Part shown: positions 18,741 to 28,510 of the stretch, one piece after another
Layout: every line of letters starts with the position of its first letter
How positions within the stretch are numbered: position 1 is the stretch's first letter
Sequence record: NC_055708.1
Direction: 5' to 3' (one strand)
Length of the DNA stretch: 64,000 nucleotides
Source of the DNA: Enterobacteria phage ATK47
Position numbers and translations under genes: made by a program
Notes under the pieces: model-generated
Databases searched by the model: none
Seen by the model: the letters and a program-made list of their open reading frames with translations, nothing else
What the model was told of the DNA's origin: nothing

Positions 18741-19322
18741 ATGGCTAGTTTAATTTTTACATATGCCGCTATGAACGCTGGTAAGTCTGCTTCATTACTT
18801 ACTGCTGCACATAACTATAAAGAACGTGGCATGGGTGTATTAGTTCTTAAACCGGCTATTGATACTCGTGATTCAAAAGGTGAAATAGTCTCTCGTATTG
18901 GTATTCGTCAGGATGCCAATATAATTACAAAAGACATGGATATCTTTGAATTCTATAAATGGGCTGCAGCACAAAAGGATATTCACTGTGTATTTGTTGA
19001 CGAAGCTCAGTTCTTAACTACTGAAAAGGTGTATCAACTTAGTCGTATTGTTGACGTATACAATGTGCCGGTAATGGCATATGGACTACGAACAGATTTT
19101 AAAGGTAATCTATTTGAAGGTTCTCAAGCATTAATGGCTATTGCCGATAAGCTTGTTGAACTTAAAGGTGTCTGTCATTGCGGTAAAAAGGCCACAATGG
19201 TAGCTAGAGTCACGGAAGACGGACTTCCAATTACAGATGGCAGTCAAATTGAAATTGGTGATACCGATAGATACGTGTCATTATGCCGGAAGCATTGGAA
19301 TGATTTGACAGGGTTGTTATAA
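18741..19322 (+). CDS. tk: thymidine kinase
   Basis: P-loop YAAMNAGKS, VFVDEAQF, C-terminal Zn ribbon CHCGKKA...CRKHW; 193 aa as in T4 Tk. Confidence 0.9.
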   Translation: MASLIFTYAAMNAGKSASLLTAAHNYKERGMGVLVLKPAIDTRDSKGEIVSRIGIRQDANIITKDMDIFEFYKWAAAQKDIHCVFVDEAQFLTTEKVYQLSRIVDVYNVPVMAYGLRTDFKGNLFEGSQALMAIADKLVELKGVCHCGKKATMVARVTEDGLPITDGSQIEIGDTDRYVSLCRKHWNDLTGLL

Positions 19323-19349
19323 ATACTAATATCTAACCAAGAGGTATAT

Positions 19350-19562
19350 ATGCAGCAATTAAACGAAAGACAACTTCGTAATCTTACTGTAACCCAATTG
19401 GATGAAATCCGAAGAGAATTAGGACATTCTATTTCTCATTTAAACGAGGATATCCGTCAAACTGGTTCTAAAGCTGATTATACACGCAAGCGCAAGCTGG
19501 AAAAATACCTCGCAGATGTTAAGGCCGTCCAAAGGCGAAAAATAAATACTGGCCAAAATTAA
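19350..19562 (+). CDS. hypothetical protein
   Basis: 70 aa ORF with SD AAGAGG. Confidence 0.45.
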   Translation: MQQLNERQLRNLTVTQLDEIRRELGHSISHLNEDIRQTGSKADYTRKRKLEKYLADVKAVQRRKINTGQN

Positions 19563-19574
19563 CAGGAGGCCTAT

Positions 19575-19877
19575 ATGGCCTTAAGAGCGATAGCTGTCAT
19601 GGCGATGCTGGGGTTTTTTGCAGCAACAACTCCTATCGTTGGTACTGCACATATTGACCCATATTTTGATAACTTTATGGAATCAGGGATTAAAAACGTA
19701 TATACTTTGTTTGAAATTCAAAATGTCGAGAATTCTGAAAAATTCTATAAGTATATGGCAAAGCATTACAAAAATAGCCCCTGTGATGATGCATTTGAAT
19801 GTCATGAACAAGGCATAAAAACTGCCAGACAATTTGCTGAGTTCATGAAAATAAAATTAGAGCCTACATCTATCTAA
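19575..19877 (+). CDS. secreted protein with signal peptide
   Basis: N-terminal hydrophobic signal; SD AGGAGG. Confidence 0.45.
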   Translation: MALRAIAVMAMLGFFAATTPIVGTAHIDPYFDNFMESGIKNVYTLFEIQNVENSEKFYKYMAKHYKNSPCDDAFECHEQGIKTARQFAEFMKIKLEPTSI

Positions 19878-19884
19878 TTTACTA

Positions 19885-19911
19885 GCCCCTTCCTTATGGT
19901 TGGGGCTTTTT
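19885..19911 (+). terminator. rho-independent terminator, copy 3 of conserved hairpin
   Basis: gcccc ttcc ttat gg tt ggggc + TTTTT. Confidence 0.55.
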
Positions 19912-19922
19912 GGCATTTAACA

Positions 19923-19972
19923 GTTTACTTCTCCTTGAGATGTGTTATAGTAGTCCTTACTTACTAGAGGAG
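19923..19972 (+). promoter_or_regulatory. early promoter with inverted repeat flanking -10
   Basis: GTTTAC, TATAGT, ctcct...aggag arms. Confidence 0.5.
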
Positions 19973-19977
19973 AACGT

Positions 19978-20158
19978 TATGACACGTAAAGAAAAGATTT
20001 CTAAGTTGATGTTTTTGATTGAAGAGTACGCTAATGCGGTATCTGATTGGGAAAATGCTCATGGTTGCGAAGATGGAGACATCGACATTAACAGAGCTAT
20101 GAAAAAGATGGCCGACGCTCACACCGAATTGCAAATGTATGTTAACGAGATTATGTGA
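19978..20158 (+). CDS. hypothetical protein
   Basis: ORF from ATG at 19978. Confidence 0.4.
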
Positions 20159-20165
20159 GGATATT

Positions 20166-20372
20166 ATGCTTTACGATTATACTGGAAAATCTGAAGACGG
20201 TGTGCTTGAACTTTTACCTGAAAGCGCTGAAGATGATGATATGGTGGCAATGTTTTGTAAAAATGGTCCTGGGGATAAGGGATGGATTTATCTTCGCCAA
20301 GAAAATGACCTAATTGTTTTAGACCCAAAACAAGTTGAAGAACTTTATCAACATTTAAAACACAATCGGTAG
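20166..20372 (+). CDS. hypothetical acidic protein
   Basis: ORF from ATG at 20166. Confidence 0.4.
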   Translation: MLYDYTGKSEDGVLELLPESAEDDDMVAMFCKNGPGDKGWIYLRQENDLIVLDPKQVEELYQHLKHNR

Positions 20373-20410
20373 TTTACATCTTGGTAGGACTATGTTATAG
20401 TAGTCCTACC
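20373..20410 (+). promoter_or_regulatory. early promoter with 10 bp palindrome ggtaggacta/tagtcctacc
   Basis: GTTTACA, TATAGT. Confidence 0.5.
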
Positions 20411-20535
20411 AAAACAAACGGAGAACAAAATGAAACTTTTGCTTATCGCTTATGTTGTAGTACAATACAATTATCCGATGTTTACTTATAACATGGTAAA
20501 CGGCATAGTGAATCTTATTGAAACGAGTATGGTAA

Positions 20536-20715
20536 AATGACCCGTGAACAAGCTAATAAATTGATGGACCTTATCCGTGACCTACGTGAAGCCGATTCAG
20601 ATTTGAATGATGTAGCTTATCACGCGGTAAATGATAACGGAGACTTTTATGAAAATCAGGTTGATGCGTGCCAGAATGCTTTGGTGAATTTTGTTGAAAC
20701 TTTAATTGGTGAATA
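20536..20715 (+). CDS. hypothetical small protein (59 aa, below ORF-track cutoff)
   Basis: translated by hand from ATG at 20536. Confidence 0.35.
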
Positions 20716-20717
20716 AT

Positions 20718-21248
20718 ATGAAAATTGTAATTGAAACAACCGAGTTGTTTGGTGATTTATGTATCGAAAAACGTGGTTATGCTTACGTTCTGACACAAGA
20801 AGATGATTCTGTTACTATTCTTCCTATGGAACTGGACAAGATTTTGAAACTCAATCCGCCAGGCCATGCATCTGTAATTAACATCGATGAAGACCTTCAA
20901 GTTCGTTTTTATCACGGTCTTTATAGTGGGGTTAATATCGAAACAGAAGATGAATGCCTTTCTATCAATAATTGGAAAACATTCGTCACTAAGGTGAAAG
21001 AATTAATGGAATCTGAAATAGCCAAAAAGGCCAAACTTCAATGGGCTAAATGCCGTAATGCTTTTATTACAAATCAGGACCGCCCTGACTATACAACGGT
21101 CCTAGGCGTTAATCCTTCTTATGAAGATGGCGATGTTGTAGTTATTCGTCAAATTGATGACCTTCGTCAACATATCGTTACATTAGACAAAGATGAAGCA
21201 GTTGCTCTTAAAGCTTATCTCGATTCTATTATCCCAACTTTGAAATAA
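20718..21248 (+). CDS. hypothetical protein
   Basis: ORF from ATG at 20718. Confidence 0.5.
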   Translation: MKIVIETTELFGDLCIEKRGYAYVLTQEDDSVTILPMELDKILKLNPPGHASVINIDEDLQVRFYHGLYSGVNIETEDECLSINNWKTFVTKVKELMESEIAKKAKLQWAKCRNAFITNQDRPDYTTVLGVNPSYEDGDVVVIRQIDDLRQHIVTLDKDEAVALKAYLDSIIPTLK

Positions 21249-21257
21249 GGAATTATT

Positions 21258-21731
21258 ATGATTATCAATGAAAACTCTTGGCACTTTAAAATTTATGCCG
21301 CGTTCAATAGTACATGGAATCGTCCGAAAACGTTGTGTGCTTATTTTTGGAAAACGTTAATCCCGGTATTGGCTGTTTCAATTATTGGATTTGCGATTTT
21401 AGCAGCAGTCACAATCATTGGCCAGGAAATTTTAACTAAATTCTTTGTTTTTAGCAGTCTATGGACATTAGTTCCAGCCTCAATTGGTGTAGGCATTTTA
21501 ATTGTAGCAGTCATGGCTTTTATTGCTACCGGGTTAGTAATTGGTCCGTCTTGGTTGTTAGACAAATATAACGACAGAAAATATTATAAAGAAATTGAGC
21601 TCATTGCGCAAAACCAAGAACGAATTAAAAATGGACTTGAGCCTATTGAACGTAAGAAATCATTAATAGGTGAATACCTTAAAGCTCGTAAAGAAAAAGT
21701 CTGTCCTACTCTTGAATATAAGGCTAAATGA
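21258..21731 (+). CDS. membrane protein
   Basis: multiple hydrophobic segments. Confidence 0.5.
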   Translation: MIINENSWHFKIYAAFNSTWNRPKTLCAYFWKTLIPVLAVSIIGFAILAAVTIIGQEILTKFFVFSSLWTLVPASIGVGILIVAVMAFIATGLVIGPSWLLDKYNDRKYYKEIELIAQNQERIKNGLEPIERKKSLIGEYLKARKEKVCPTLEYKAK

Positions 21732-22717
21732 TGAAAACAATTATGAAAGGCTACTTTGGTAGCCACCTTTATGGAACGTCTACTCCTGAATCTGACGTCG
21801 ATTTTAAAGAAATTTATGTCCCTCATGCTCGTGATATTTTGACCGGTAACGTTAAAGAACATATGAGCAAGAACACGAATAACACATCTTCTAAGAACAC
21901 AAAAGACGACGTAGACCATGAGTTGTATAGTCTAAAATATTTCTTTAAACTAGCTGCGGATGGTGAAACCGTCGCATTAGATATGCTTCATACTCCACCA
22001 AGTCTAGTAGTTAAATCTGATTTGCCTGATGTATGGAAGTATATTCAAGATAACAGGTCTCGTTTCTATACCACTAACATGAAATCTTATTTAGGGTACG
22101 TCCGTAAGCAAGCTTCTAAATACGGTGTCAAGGGTTCTCGACTGGCTGTTCTTCGTCAAGCCCTTAAACGTTCTAATGAATGGGGACAATACTTTGATAA
22201 TGGTGCAGTAATTCGTTTATCACATATGAAGAATGTTCTACCTGTAGGTGAATTTGCTTCATGGGTTGAAACCGAAAACGAGAAAACAGGTAAGCAAACA
22301 TTCTATAGTCTGTTAGACCGTAAATTCCAAGACACGTTAACCAATAAAGAGTTCAATGCTATCCTGGTTAAACTGGAAGAGAACTATGGTGAACGTGCTC
22401 GTAAAGCAGAAGCTAACGAAGGTATTGACTGGAAAGCATTGAGTCATGCATGTCGTGGTGGACTTCAATTATTGGAAATTTACAAAACCGGCGACCTGGT
22501 TTACCCACTTCAGGATGCTCCATTTATTCTCGATGTTAAGCTTGGTAAACATACGTTTAAAACTGTACAAGAATTCCTAGAAGATATCGTTGACCAAGTT
22601 GAACATGCGTCAGAACAAGCTGCCAAGAATGGTATGCAACAAAAAGTAGATACGAGTTTCTGGGATGATTTCCTTGAGCAAGTCTATCTCGAAAATCATA
22701 ATTCTTACTATAAATAA
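21728..22717 (+). CDS. Pol-beta-superfamily nucleotidyltransferase-fold protein
   Basis: GS-x12-DVD motif (GYFGSHLYGTSTPESDVDF). Confidence 0.5.
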   Translation: MMKTIMKGYFGSHLYGTSTPESDVDFKEIYVPHARDILTGNVKEHMSKNTNNTSSKNTKDDVDHELYSLKYFFKLAADGETVALDMLHTPPSLVVKSDLPDVWKYIQDNRSRFYTTNMKSYLGYVRKQASKYGVKGSRLAVLRQALKRSNEWGQYFDNGAVIRLSHMKNVLPVGEFASWVETENEKTGKQTFYSLLDRKFQDTLTNKEFNAILVKLEENYGERARKAEANEGIDWKALSHACRGGLQLLEIYKTGDLVYPLQDAPFILDVKLGKHTFKTVQEFLEDIVDQVEHASEQAAKNGMQQKVDTSFWDDFLEQVYLENHNSYYK

Positions 22718-22748
22718 GTAGATAAATAACCCTTAACTTGAGGTAAAT

Positions 22749-23009
22749 ATGAAAAAATTAGCAATTGGTTTATTCGCAGTAATGATGGCATTCTCTGTTG
22801 GTGCTACCACAGGAGCTGGTGGTAACCAGTCTTCTGGGCCTTCCAACGGTTCGGTAAATGCATCACATTCTCAGGGTATTGAGAATATCAAATCGAGCTA
22901 TATTAATAGCACTGCCGGACAAGCAACTGAAGCATGGTCAAAGGGTCGAGTAGTTACACGCTCCGTATTCTGTGATATGCCTAATTATGTTGCTAAGTGC
23001 GATAAGTAA
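22749..23009 (+). CDS. secreted small protein
   Basis: signal peptide MKKLAIGLFAVMMAFSVGA. Confidence 0.45.
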   Translation: MKKLAIGLFAVMMAFSVGATTGAGGNQSSGPSNGSVNASHSQGIENIKSSYINSTAGQATEAWSKGRVVTRSVFCDMPNYVAKCDK

Positions 23010-23012
23010 ATG

Positions 23013-23034
23013 TGGGGACCTTCGGGTCCCTTTA
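23013..23034 (+). terminator. rho-independent terminator (gggacc ttcg ggtccc TTT)
   Basis: UUCG tetraloop hairpin. Confidence 0.55.
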
Positions 23035-23060
23035 GGGGGTCAAAATATTTTTAAAAAGTA

Positions 23061-23098
23061 GTGTACATGCTTTTAGGATATGATACTATAGACCTATC
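23061..23098 (+). promoter_or_regulatory. early promoter
   Basis: GTGTACA, TACTAT, aggata...tagacctat. Confidence 0.45.
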
Positions 23099-23127
23099 GA
23101 AACGAAATGAGTAAATTGGAGAATAAA

Positions 23128-24108
23128 ATGTTCAACGTTCAAATCAAAAAAGGTATCTATCGTAATAACGAAATCTCTGGTTCTTATGTTGCCACAAAGA
23201 CATGGTTCCCGGCAAAGCTTAATCCTGAATGTTCCCACTTAGGTGATGGTAAAATTTTCGTTATGATTGATGGTTCTGAACGTGGAGTATGGGTCTTCAA
23301 ATCAGACATCGTAATGGAAGGAGTTGAGACGTCACCAGTTGCAGTTGTTGAAAGCACTGAAGATATGAAAACTCGTATCAACAAACGCTTTAAAGTAATG
23401 AACATGATGACGAATGGCATTATTGATGGCAAAATTCGTTCACTCATTATTTCAGGTGCAGCTGGTATTGGTAAGACGTATTCTCTGGATAAAGCACTTA
23501 ATAATGCTAATGATAATGGTTTCATCAAATACAAAAGCATTAATGGTAAAATCTCCGGTATTGGCCTTTACGAACAACTTTGGCTCAACCGTGATGAAGA
23601 CAGCGTTCTCTTAATCGATGACGTTGACGTATTCTCAGATATGGACATCCTGAACCTTCTTAAAGCAGCATTAGATACCGGAGATAAACGCAAAGTTTGT
23701 TGGAGCACTGCGTCATCTTATCTCGAGGATAAGGGTATTGATAAAGAATTTGAGTTTGAAGGTACTATCGTTTTCATTACAAACGTTGATATCGATAAAG
23801 AGTTAGAACGGGGTTCGAAACTTGCTCCACACCTTCAAGCTTTAGTATCTCGTTCAGTGTATCTCGACCTTGGAGTACACTCTAATGAAGAGATTATGGT
23901 TCGAGTTGAAGATGTAATATTATCTACTGATATGATGCAGAAACGTGGCTTGACTGATGCTGAAACGTATAAAGCATTGTCCTGGATGAAGGCTAATGTA
24001 TCTCGTCTTCGCAATGTATCATTACGTACGGCTCTTTATGTAGCAGATTTTATTTCAACCGATAAAGATGGTTGGGAGGAAATCTCCGAAGTAACTTTAC
24101 TGAAATAA
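23128..24108 (+). CDS. AAA/P-loop ATPase
   Basis: Walker A GAAGIGKT, Walker B VLLIDDVD. Confidence 0.6.
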   Translation: MFNVQIKKGIYRNNEISGSYVATKTWFPAKLNPECSHLGDGKIFVMIDGSERGVWVFKSDIVMEGVETSPVAVVESTEDMKTRINKRFKVMNMMTNGIIDGKIRSLIISGAAGIGKTYSLDKALNNANDNGFIKYKSINGKISGIGLYEQLWLNRDEDSVLLIDDVDVFSDMDILNLLKAALDTGDKRKVCWSTASSYLEDKGIDKEFEFEGTIVFITNVDIDKELERGSKLAPHLQALVSRSVYLDLGVHSNEEIMVRVEDVILSTDMMQKRGLTDAETYKALSWMKANVSRLRNVSLRTALYVADFISTDKDGWEEISEVTLLK

Positions 24109-24245
24109 GCTTATAGGAAGTTCTGAGGTAACAAAAGCCATAAAGATGAATAATCATATGGCTTACCTCAAAGAAGGACACCAGGAACCTACTGAGGGCA
24201 TAGAAATATTTAAAATAATGATGTACAAATCAAAGAGGATATGTT

Positions 24246-24533
24246 ATGGATTTTATGCAAAAAATTAAAGCCGCAGTCGAACTCTATGCTCATCGTATGG
24301 TTAGTTCTACGATGCAATATAGCGAGGAGGTTCGCCAGGACTCTTCCTTGAAAGGAAAAACTAAAGCCTTAATTACCTTAGATCGTTTGCAAAAGAATGC
24401 CATAGAGATGCTCCAGTACGACAAGGGTGTATATAAGAAAGAACAGGAAGAGAAACTTAAATCTGAAAAATTACAAAAAATCCCGAAGTCGGTTTGGTTC
24501 AGTGGAAAAAATACCGAAAAAAGTTTCTTTTAG
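24246..24533 (+). CDS. hypothetical protein
   Basis: 95 aa ORF with SD AGAGGA. Confidence 0.4.
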   Translation: MDFMQKIKAAVELYAHRMVSSTMQYSEEVRQDSSLKGKTKALITLDRLQKNAIEMLQYDKGVYKKEQEEKLKSEKLQKIPKSVWFSGKNTEKSFF

Positions 24534-24535
24534 TT

Positions 24536-24575
24536 GTTTACAAGGTCTATGGTTATGTTATTATAGACCTATCAA
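24536..24575 (+). promoter_or_regulatory. early promoter with palindrome aggtctat/atagacct
   Basis: GTTTACA, TATTAT. Confidence 0.5.
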
Positions 24576-24591
24576 CTACTGGAGGTAAAAC

Positions 24592-25119
24592 ATGAACGCT
24601 AAAGATATTTTCAACCTGGTAAATTATAACGACGGTAAATTTAAATCTGAAGCACAAAGCAAGTTCTTTAATGACGTTGCTTATGGTAACGAGATTACCG
24701 TAGATGGAGGTCAGATTTTCAAATCTCGCTGGAATTGGATTGTTATCATCGATTCAGTTGGAATTGTGGAAGTCTACAAAAACACTAACAAAAACCGTAC
24801 ATTATTCTGGTCTCGTGAAACTAACGAGCAGTACAAAAAGGATAAAGCATCTCGTTTATCCAAAGTAACCCAGGAAGATATCGAGTTTATTAAGAAAGAT
24901 ATCGAGATGTACGAAAATTTAATCGCTGAAGACCAGGCAGTACTCGATAAGTTTGATGAAATTAAAGCTTCTCGTGAAATCCCTGACTTCATGAAAGAAA
25001 CAGTAAACGAACGATACGCTCTCACTTCAGAACGTATTGCAAACTATACAAAACAGAAAGCAGAACGTATTAGTACTCTTCGGAAATTTGAAGAACGTTT
25101 AAAGACGGTTCACGCATAA
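24592..25119 (+). CDS. hypothetical protein
   Basis: 175 aa ORF with SD GGAGG. Confidence 0.5.
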   Translation: MNAKDIFNLVNYNDGKFKSEAQSKFFNDVAYGNEITVDGGQIFKSRWNWIVIIDSVGIVEVYKNTNKNRTLFWSRETNEQYKKDKASRLSKVTQEDIEFIKKDIEMYENLIAEDQAVLDKFDEIKASREIPDFMKETVNERYALTSERIANYTKQKAERISTLRKFEERLKTVHA

Positions 25120-25148
25120 ACGCTTTACCCAAGGACGGGTTATAATGG
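25119..25148 (+). promoter_or_regulatory. middle-type promoter (MotA-box-like CGCTTTA at about -30, TATAAT)
   Basis: resembles T4 middle promoter layout. Confidence 0.45.
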
Positions 25149-25181
25149 TTTTGAGTTCCAATTCAATCTGAGGAAATAGTT

Positions 25182-26177
25182 ATGAGCATTACATCTGATG
25201 CGATAAAACATGAAATTAACGGTTTATGTGCTTCACAGATTAAAGTGTGGTTTAAAGACCATAATGATCGCAGAGCGCTTAATTATGAACGAATTGCTAT
25301 CCAAGTTCATCAATTACTGGTTAGTAAATTTGATTTTCATATGCCGTCTGAAATCTATACTAATCTACCGCGAGCGCTTATTAAAGCGTGTAAAGGCTAC
25401 GGAAAATCAATGGCTGACGGAATCTTCAGCGCGCTGAATAAACTTAACGTTCTGTCGATGATTAACTCTAACAATATCCTGCGTAATCTAGGACGTACTG
25501 ATTTGTTCGGTCGTGAACAGTGTAAAATGCCTTTGAAACGGATTGTTGCTCATCTTAACGAGAACCAAACACGTTTTATGGCCGTAACAGCACGTTTACA
25601 AATGGGCCTAGATCGTCAGATGAACTTTAAAACTCATCCACGTTATTCAGGTTCAACAGACTTTTATAAATGTGAGCTTCAAAAGGTTGGTGGTAAAACT
25701 GTCTTAGTAGTTCGTGTAACGTTTGAAGGACGACGTCAAGGATATTTTGACATAATCGGCTCTGGTCTTAAACATTGTGGATTTATCGACGAAGTTGATA
25801 TCAAGCGAGACGGCATTGGATACCGTATTGGGTATGTTTGTACTCTTAAAGAAGAGATTTCAGGACCAGCTCCAGGACTAAAAGACGTTAGATATAAAGA
25901 CGAGCTCGTTGAAGAAATAAAAGAAGTTGAATATGATATCAACCAAGAAGATGCTCTTAAAGACCTTATTGATGAACTGAACCAAGATGTTATTCCTGTT
26001 CAGAAATTTGAATCAAAACATGCTGAGCAAATCAAATACTTTGAAGCTTTGATTAACGAACTTAATGTAACTATTCAACAGACTGACGATGAAATCTCAC
26101 GATTAGCAGGCTTAAACGGTAAAAATAAAACAGAACGAGCTAATCTTATTCAAGTAGTAAAACTTCTTAAGGAATGA
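25182..26177 (+). CDS. hypothetical protein with C-terminal coiled coil
   Basis: 331 aa ORF; first of three similar-sized tandem genes. Confidence 0.5.
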   Translation: MSITSDAIKHEINGLCASQIKVWFKDHNDRRALNYERIAIQVHQLLVSKFDFHMPSEIYTNLPRALIKACKGYGKSMADGIFSALNKLNVLSMINSNNILRNLGRTDLFGREQCKMPLKRIVAHLNENQTRFMAVTARLQMGLDRQMNFKTHPRYSGSTDFYKCELQKVGGKTVLVVRVTFEGRRQGYFDIIGSGLKHCGFIDEVDIKRDGIGYRIGYVCTLKEEISGPAPGLKDVRYKDELVEEIKEVEYDINQEDALKDLIDELNQDVIPVQKFESKHAEQIKYFEALINELNVTIQQTDDEISRLAGLNGKNKTERANLIQVVKLLKE

Positions 26178-26208
26178 TGTACAACCAAGGATGGTTGGAG
26201 TATAATAA
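26176..26208 (+). promoter_or_regulatory. promoter cassette AACCAAGGATGGTTGGAGTATAAT
   Basis: near-identical element at 27196-27228. Confidence 0.45.
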
Positions 26209-26232
26209 ATTTTTCAACATGAGGAATATAAA

Positions 26233-27192
26233 ATGGCTTTTATTACACGTAGAGAACTTATCAAAGAATTTACCTCGAACGCATATACTCCAGGACCTAA
26301 TCCTATCCGTATGCCTGTAAAGACTCCTGAAGAGATTGAGGAAATCTGTTCATATTATGGGATTACTTCTCGTATGTTTACCCAATTTGAATGCGTTACT
26401 AACACACCCGTTAAAGAGTTCATTAAAAATGGTGAGTTCAGCCGTTTATTGGCCAAACAGAAACTTCGTAATTTTTGTATTGGCGGTGAAGGTCAATATT
26501 TCGCTAAGCAGTTCCGGAATAACCTTAACAATCTGATGGCCATTGCTTCTCGTATTCGTCCTCAAGCAATTAACATGAAACATTTGAAATATACTTACGA
26601 TAAGTTAGAAATCATGGTTATCAGTGAGAACGAGTTCACTCTTACGTATAAACCTAAGAATGATAACGTTGCTCGTGTATTCCACCAAGCGTTGGAAGTT
26701 TTAGGTGATAATATCCACCAGATTAAAGCAATTTATTCTCGTGAGCTTAATATTATCGACCCTATCAAGAATAAGGGCCATATCGCTATCCAGGCTCGTG
26801 TATCTATTGGTAAAAAGGTTCCTGCACCATGGTGGCACAAAGACTCTGAATATTATCAAAATCTTAAAAAGGAAAATGCAACATTTGAAGCGTCAATTAC
26901 TGCAACCCCAATTGGTAATGCTGAAGTTCTAGGTTCATATTCTACTTCGGGTAAATCAATGTTTAAAGGTTTGCCAAATGTGTGCAAACTGTCTGCAGTA
27001 AAACTAAATGTTTCTAATGACCTTCTTCCGGTCGAAGATTACCATTACAATCAAATCAAGGCCACTATGGACCAACTGTCTGTTGAACTTGACAAAGCAC
27101 AAGCTAAGCTTCGTGATGCTCAAAGTGTTGTAACGAATCTCCAGTTGCAGTACTCTAAACTTTTTAACGCAATGAATGCATTAAAATCATAA
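26233..27192 (+). CDS. hypothetical protein with C-terminal coiled coil
   Basis: 319 aa ORF. Confidence 0.5.
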   Translation: MAFITRRELIKEFTSNAYTPGPNPIRMPVKTPEEIEEICSYYGITSRMFTQFECVTNTPVKEFIKNGEFSRLLAKQKLRNFCIGGEGQYFAKQFRNNLNNLMAIASRIRPQAINMKHLKYTYDKLEIMVISENEFTLTYKPKNDNVARVFHQALEVLGDNIHQIKAIYSRELNIIDPIKNKGHIAIQARVSIGKKVPAPWWHKDSEYYQNLKKENATFEASITATPIGNAEVLGSYSTSGKSMFKGLPNVCKLSAVKLNVSNDLLPVEDYHYNQIKATMDQLSVELDKAQAKLRDAQSVVTNLQLQYSKLFNAMNALKS

Positions 27193-27195
27193 AAC

Positions 27196-27228
27196 GGTTT
27201 ACAACCAAGGACGGTTGGAGTATAATGA
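27196..27228 (+). promoter_or_regulatory. promoter cassette GTTTACAACCAAGGACGGTTGGAGTATAAT
   Basis: second copy of 26176 element. Confidence 0.45.
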
Positions 27229-27254
27229 ATCTATCTTAACGAGAGGAAAATATT

Positions 27255-28205
27255 ATGACACGTTCACATTACATTGAATACTTTGCCGGGCTTATCGCTA
27301 ACGTTCATGCTCAGCGCGCTACTGGTGCACTAGGATTTGATGTTCCACACCGAGATGTAGTAAGTGGTATTCTTCGCGATTTTGGTACATACACAGGCCA
27401 AGAAAATCATATCTGTAAAGATACTCAAAATGCATATTCTCATTCATTAGGGACGCTGCTTCAATGGTTCAAACGTTCTCGTTTATTATCTTCTACTGTA
27501 GCTCGCGATAACATTAAAAACTTTATGAAGCCGAGCTTTATTAAATCTGTGACATCTAAAACCGATTTGGTTGAATTCACTATTGTTAATGATGTTAAAA
27601 AGACTCATTTGGCTGATTGGTTATCTACCATTCCTGAAACTAAATTTGCTGATAAATTTGCTTGTGAATTCAATAACCAAGTGAATATGCTTTTTAAACA
27701 TTCTCGTAAATTATTCACGGGCGGTGATGGTCGTACAAATAAAGTTCATGTTAAAGATTGGGTTACTGCAGTATTCAAACCGACCGGTAATGGTAACGCA
27801 TCATTATCAATTGATATCCAGGTTCCTTATTACTACTCACGTAATCTCGGTACCATGAAAGCCGAAGAAATTAATAAGCACAACAAAACCGTTCGTTCAT
27901 TGTCTTATAAACTTATTACATTGTTAGAGACTATGGATGTTGTTGAAACGTTCGACGAATCCGAAGATAACGGTTCAATGTTATACAGTTCTCGTACCAG
28001 AATTAAGCTGAAGAACCCTAACGAGTATAAACTTAAGACTATTAAAGAACCTAAAGTAGAAAAAGTTGACAACTTGAGCGAAGAACGTGAATACCTCAAA
28101 TCTCGTCTGAAAGAAGTCGAAGCCCAGATTAAAGAACAAACTAAATCGTTAAAAGCTCTTAATGCGAAAGCGGATGGTTTACGAAATGCCATTGAGGTTT
28201 TATAA
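27255..28205 (+). CDS. hypothetical protein with C-terminal coiled coil
   Basis: 316 aa ORF. Confidence 0.5.
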   Translation: MTRSHYIEYFAGLIANVHAQRATGALGFDVPHRDVVSGILRDFGTYTGQENHICKDTQNAYSHSLGTLLQWFKRSRLLSSTVARDNIKNFMKPSFIKSVTSKTDLVEFTIVNDVKKTHLADWLSTIPETKFADKFACEFNNQVNMLFKHSRKLFTGGDGRTNKVHVKDWVTAVFKPTGNGNASLSIDIQVPYYYSRNLGTMKAEEINKHNKTVRSLSYKLITLLETMDVVETFDESEDNGSMLYSSRTRIKLKNPNEYKLKTIKEPKVEKVDNLSEEREYLKSRLKEVEAQIKEQTKSLKALNAKADGLRNAIEVL

Positions 28206-28510
28206 TGAAACTACGTCTTTTAGAGGATATTGATATGAACACTAATCACAGCTTGGTTAAGTTTATTGACGATAGTTCAAAGATTGAATTTGTTCAGCGA
28301 GATAAAATCCACGGTGAAGAAGAGTTCGTTCCTCCAGCATGGAACGAAATCATGAAAATGGTTGAACGACGTGAAAATGCTGCCAAATCGGCAGCAAAAC
28401 ACCCATGTCCGGAATGTGGAACTATCCAAGTCCAACTGGTTAACTGGACCACTGATAACTTGAAATTGAAATGCCGTAAATGCTTCCACAATTTTGAGAG
28501 AACATTATAA
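28205..28510 (+). CDS. zinc-ribbon protein
   Basis: CPECG...CRKCFH. Confidence 0.45.
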   Translation: MKLRLLEDIDMNTNHSLVKFIDDSSKIEFVQRDKIHGEEEFVPPAWNEIMKMVERRENAAKSAAKHPCPECGTIQVQLVNWTTDNLKLKCRKCFHNFERTL

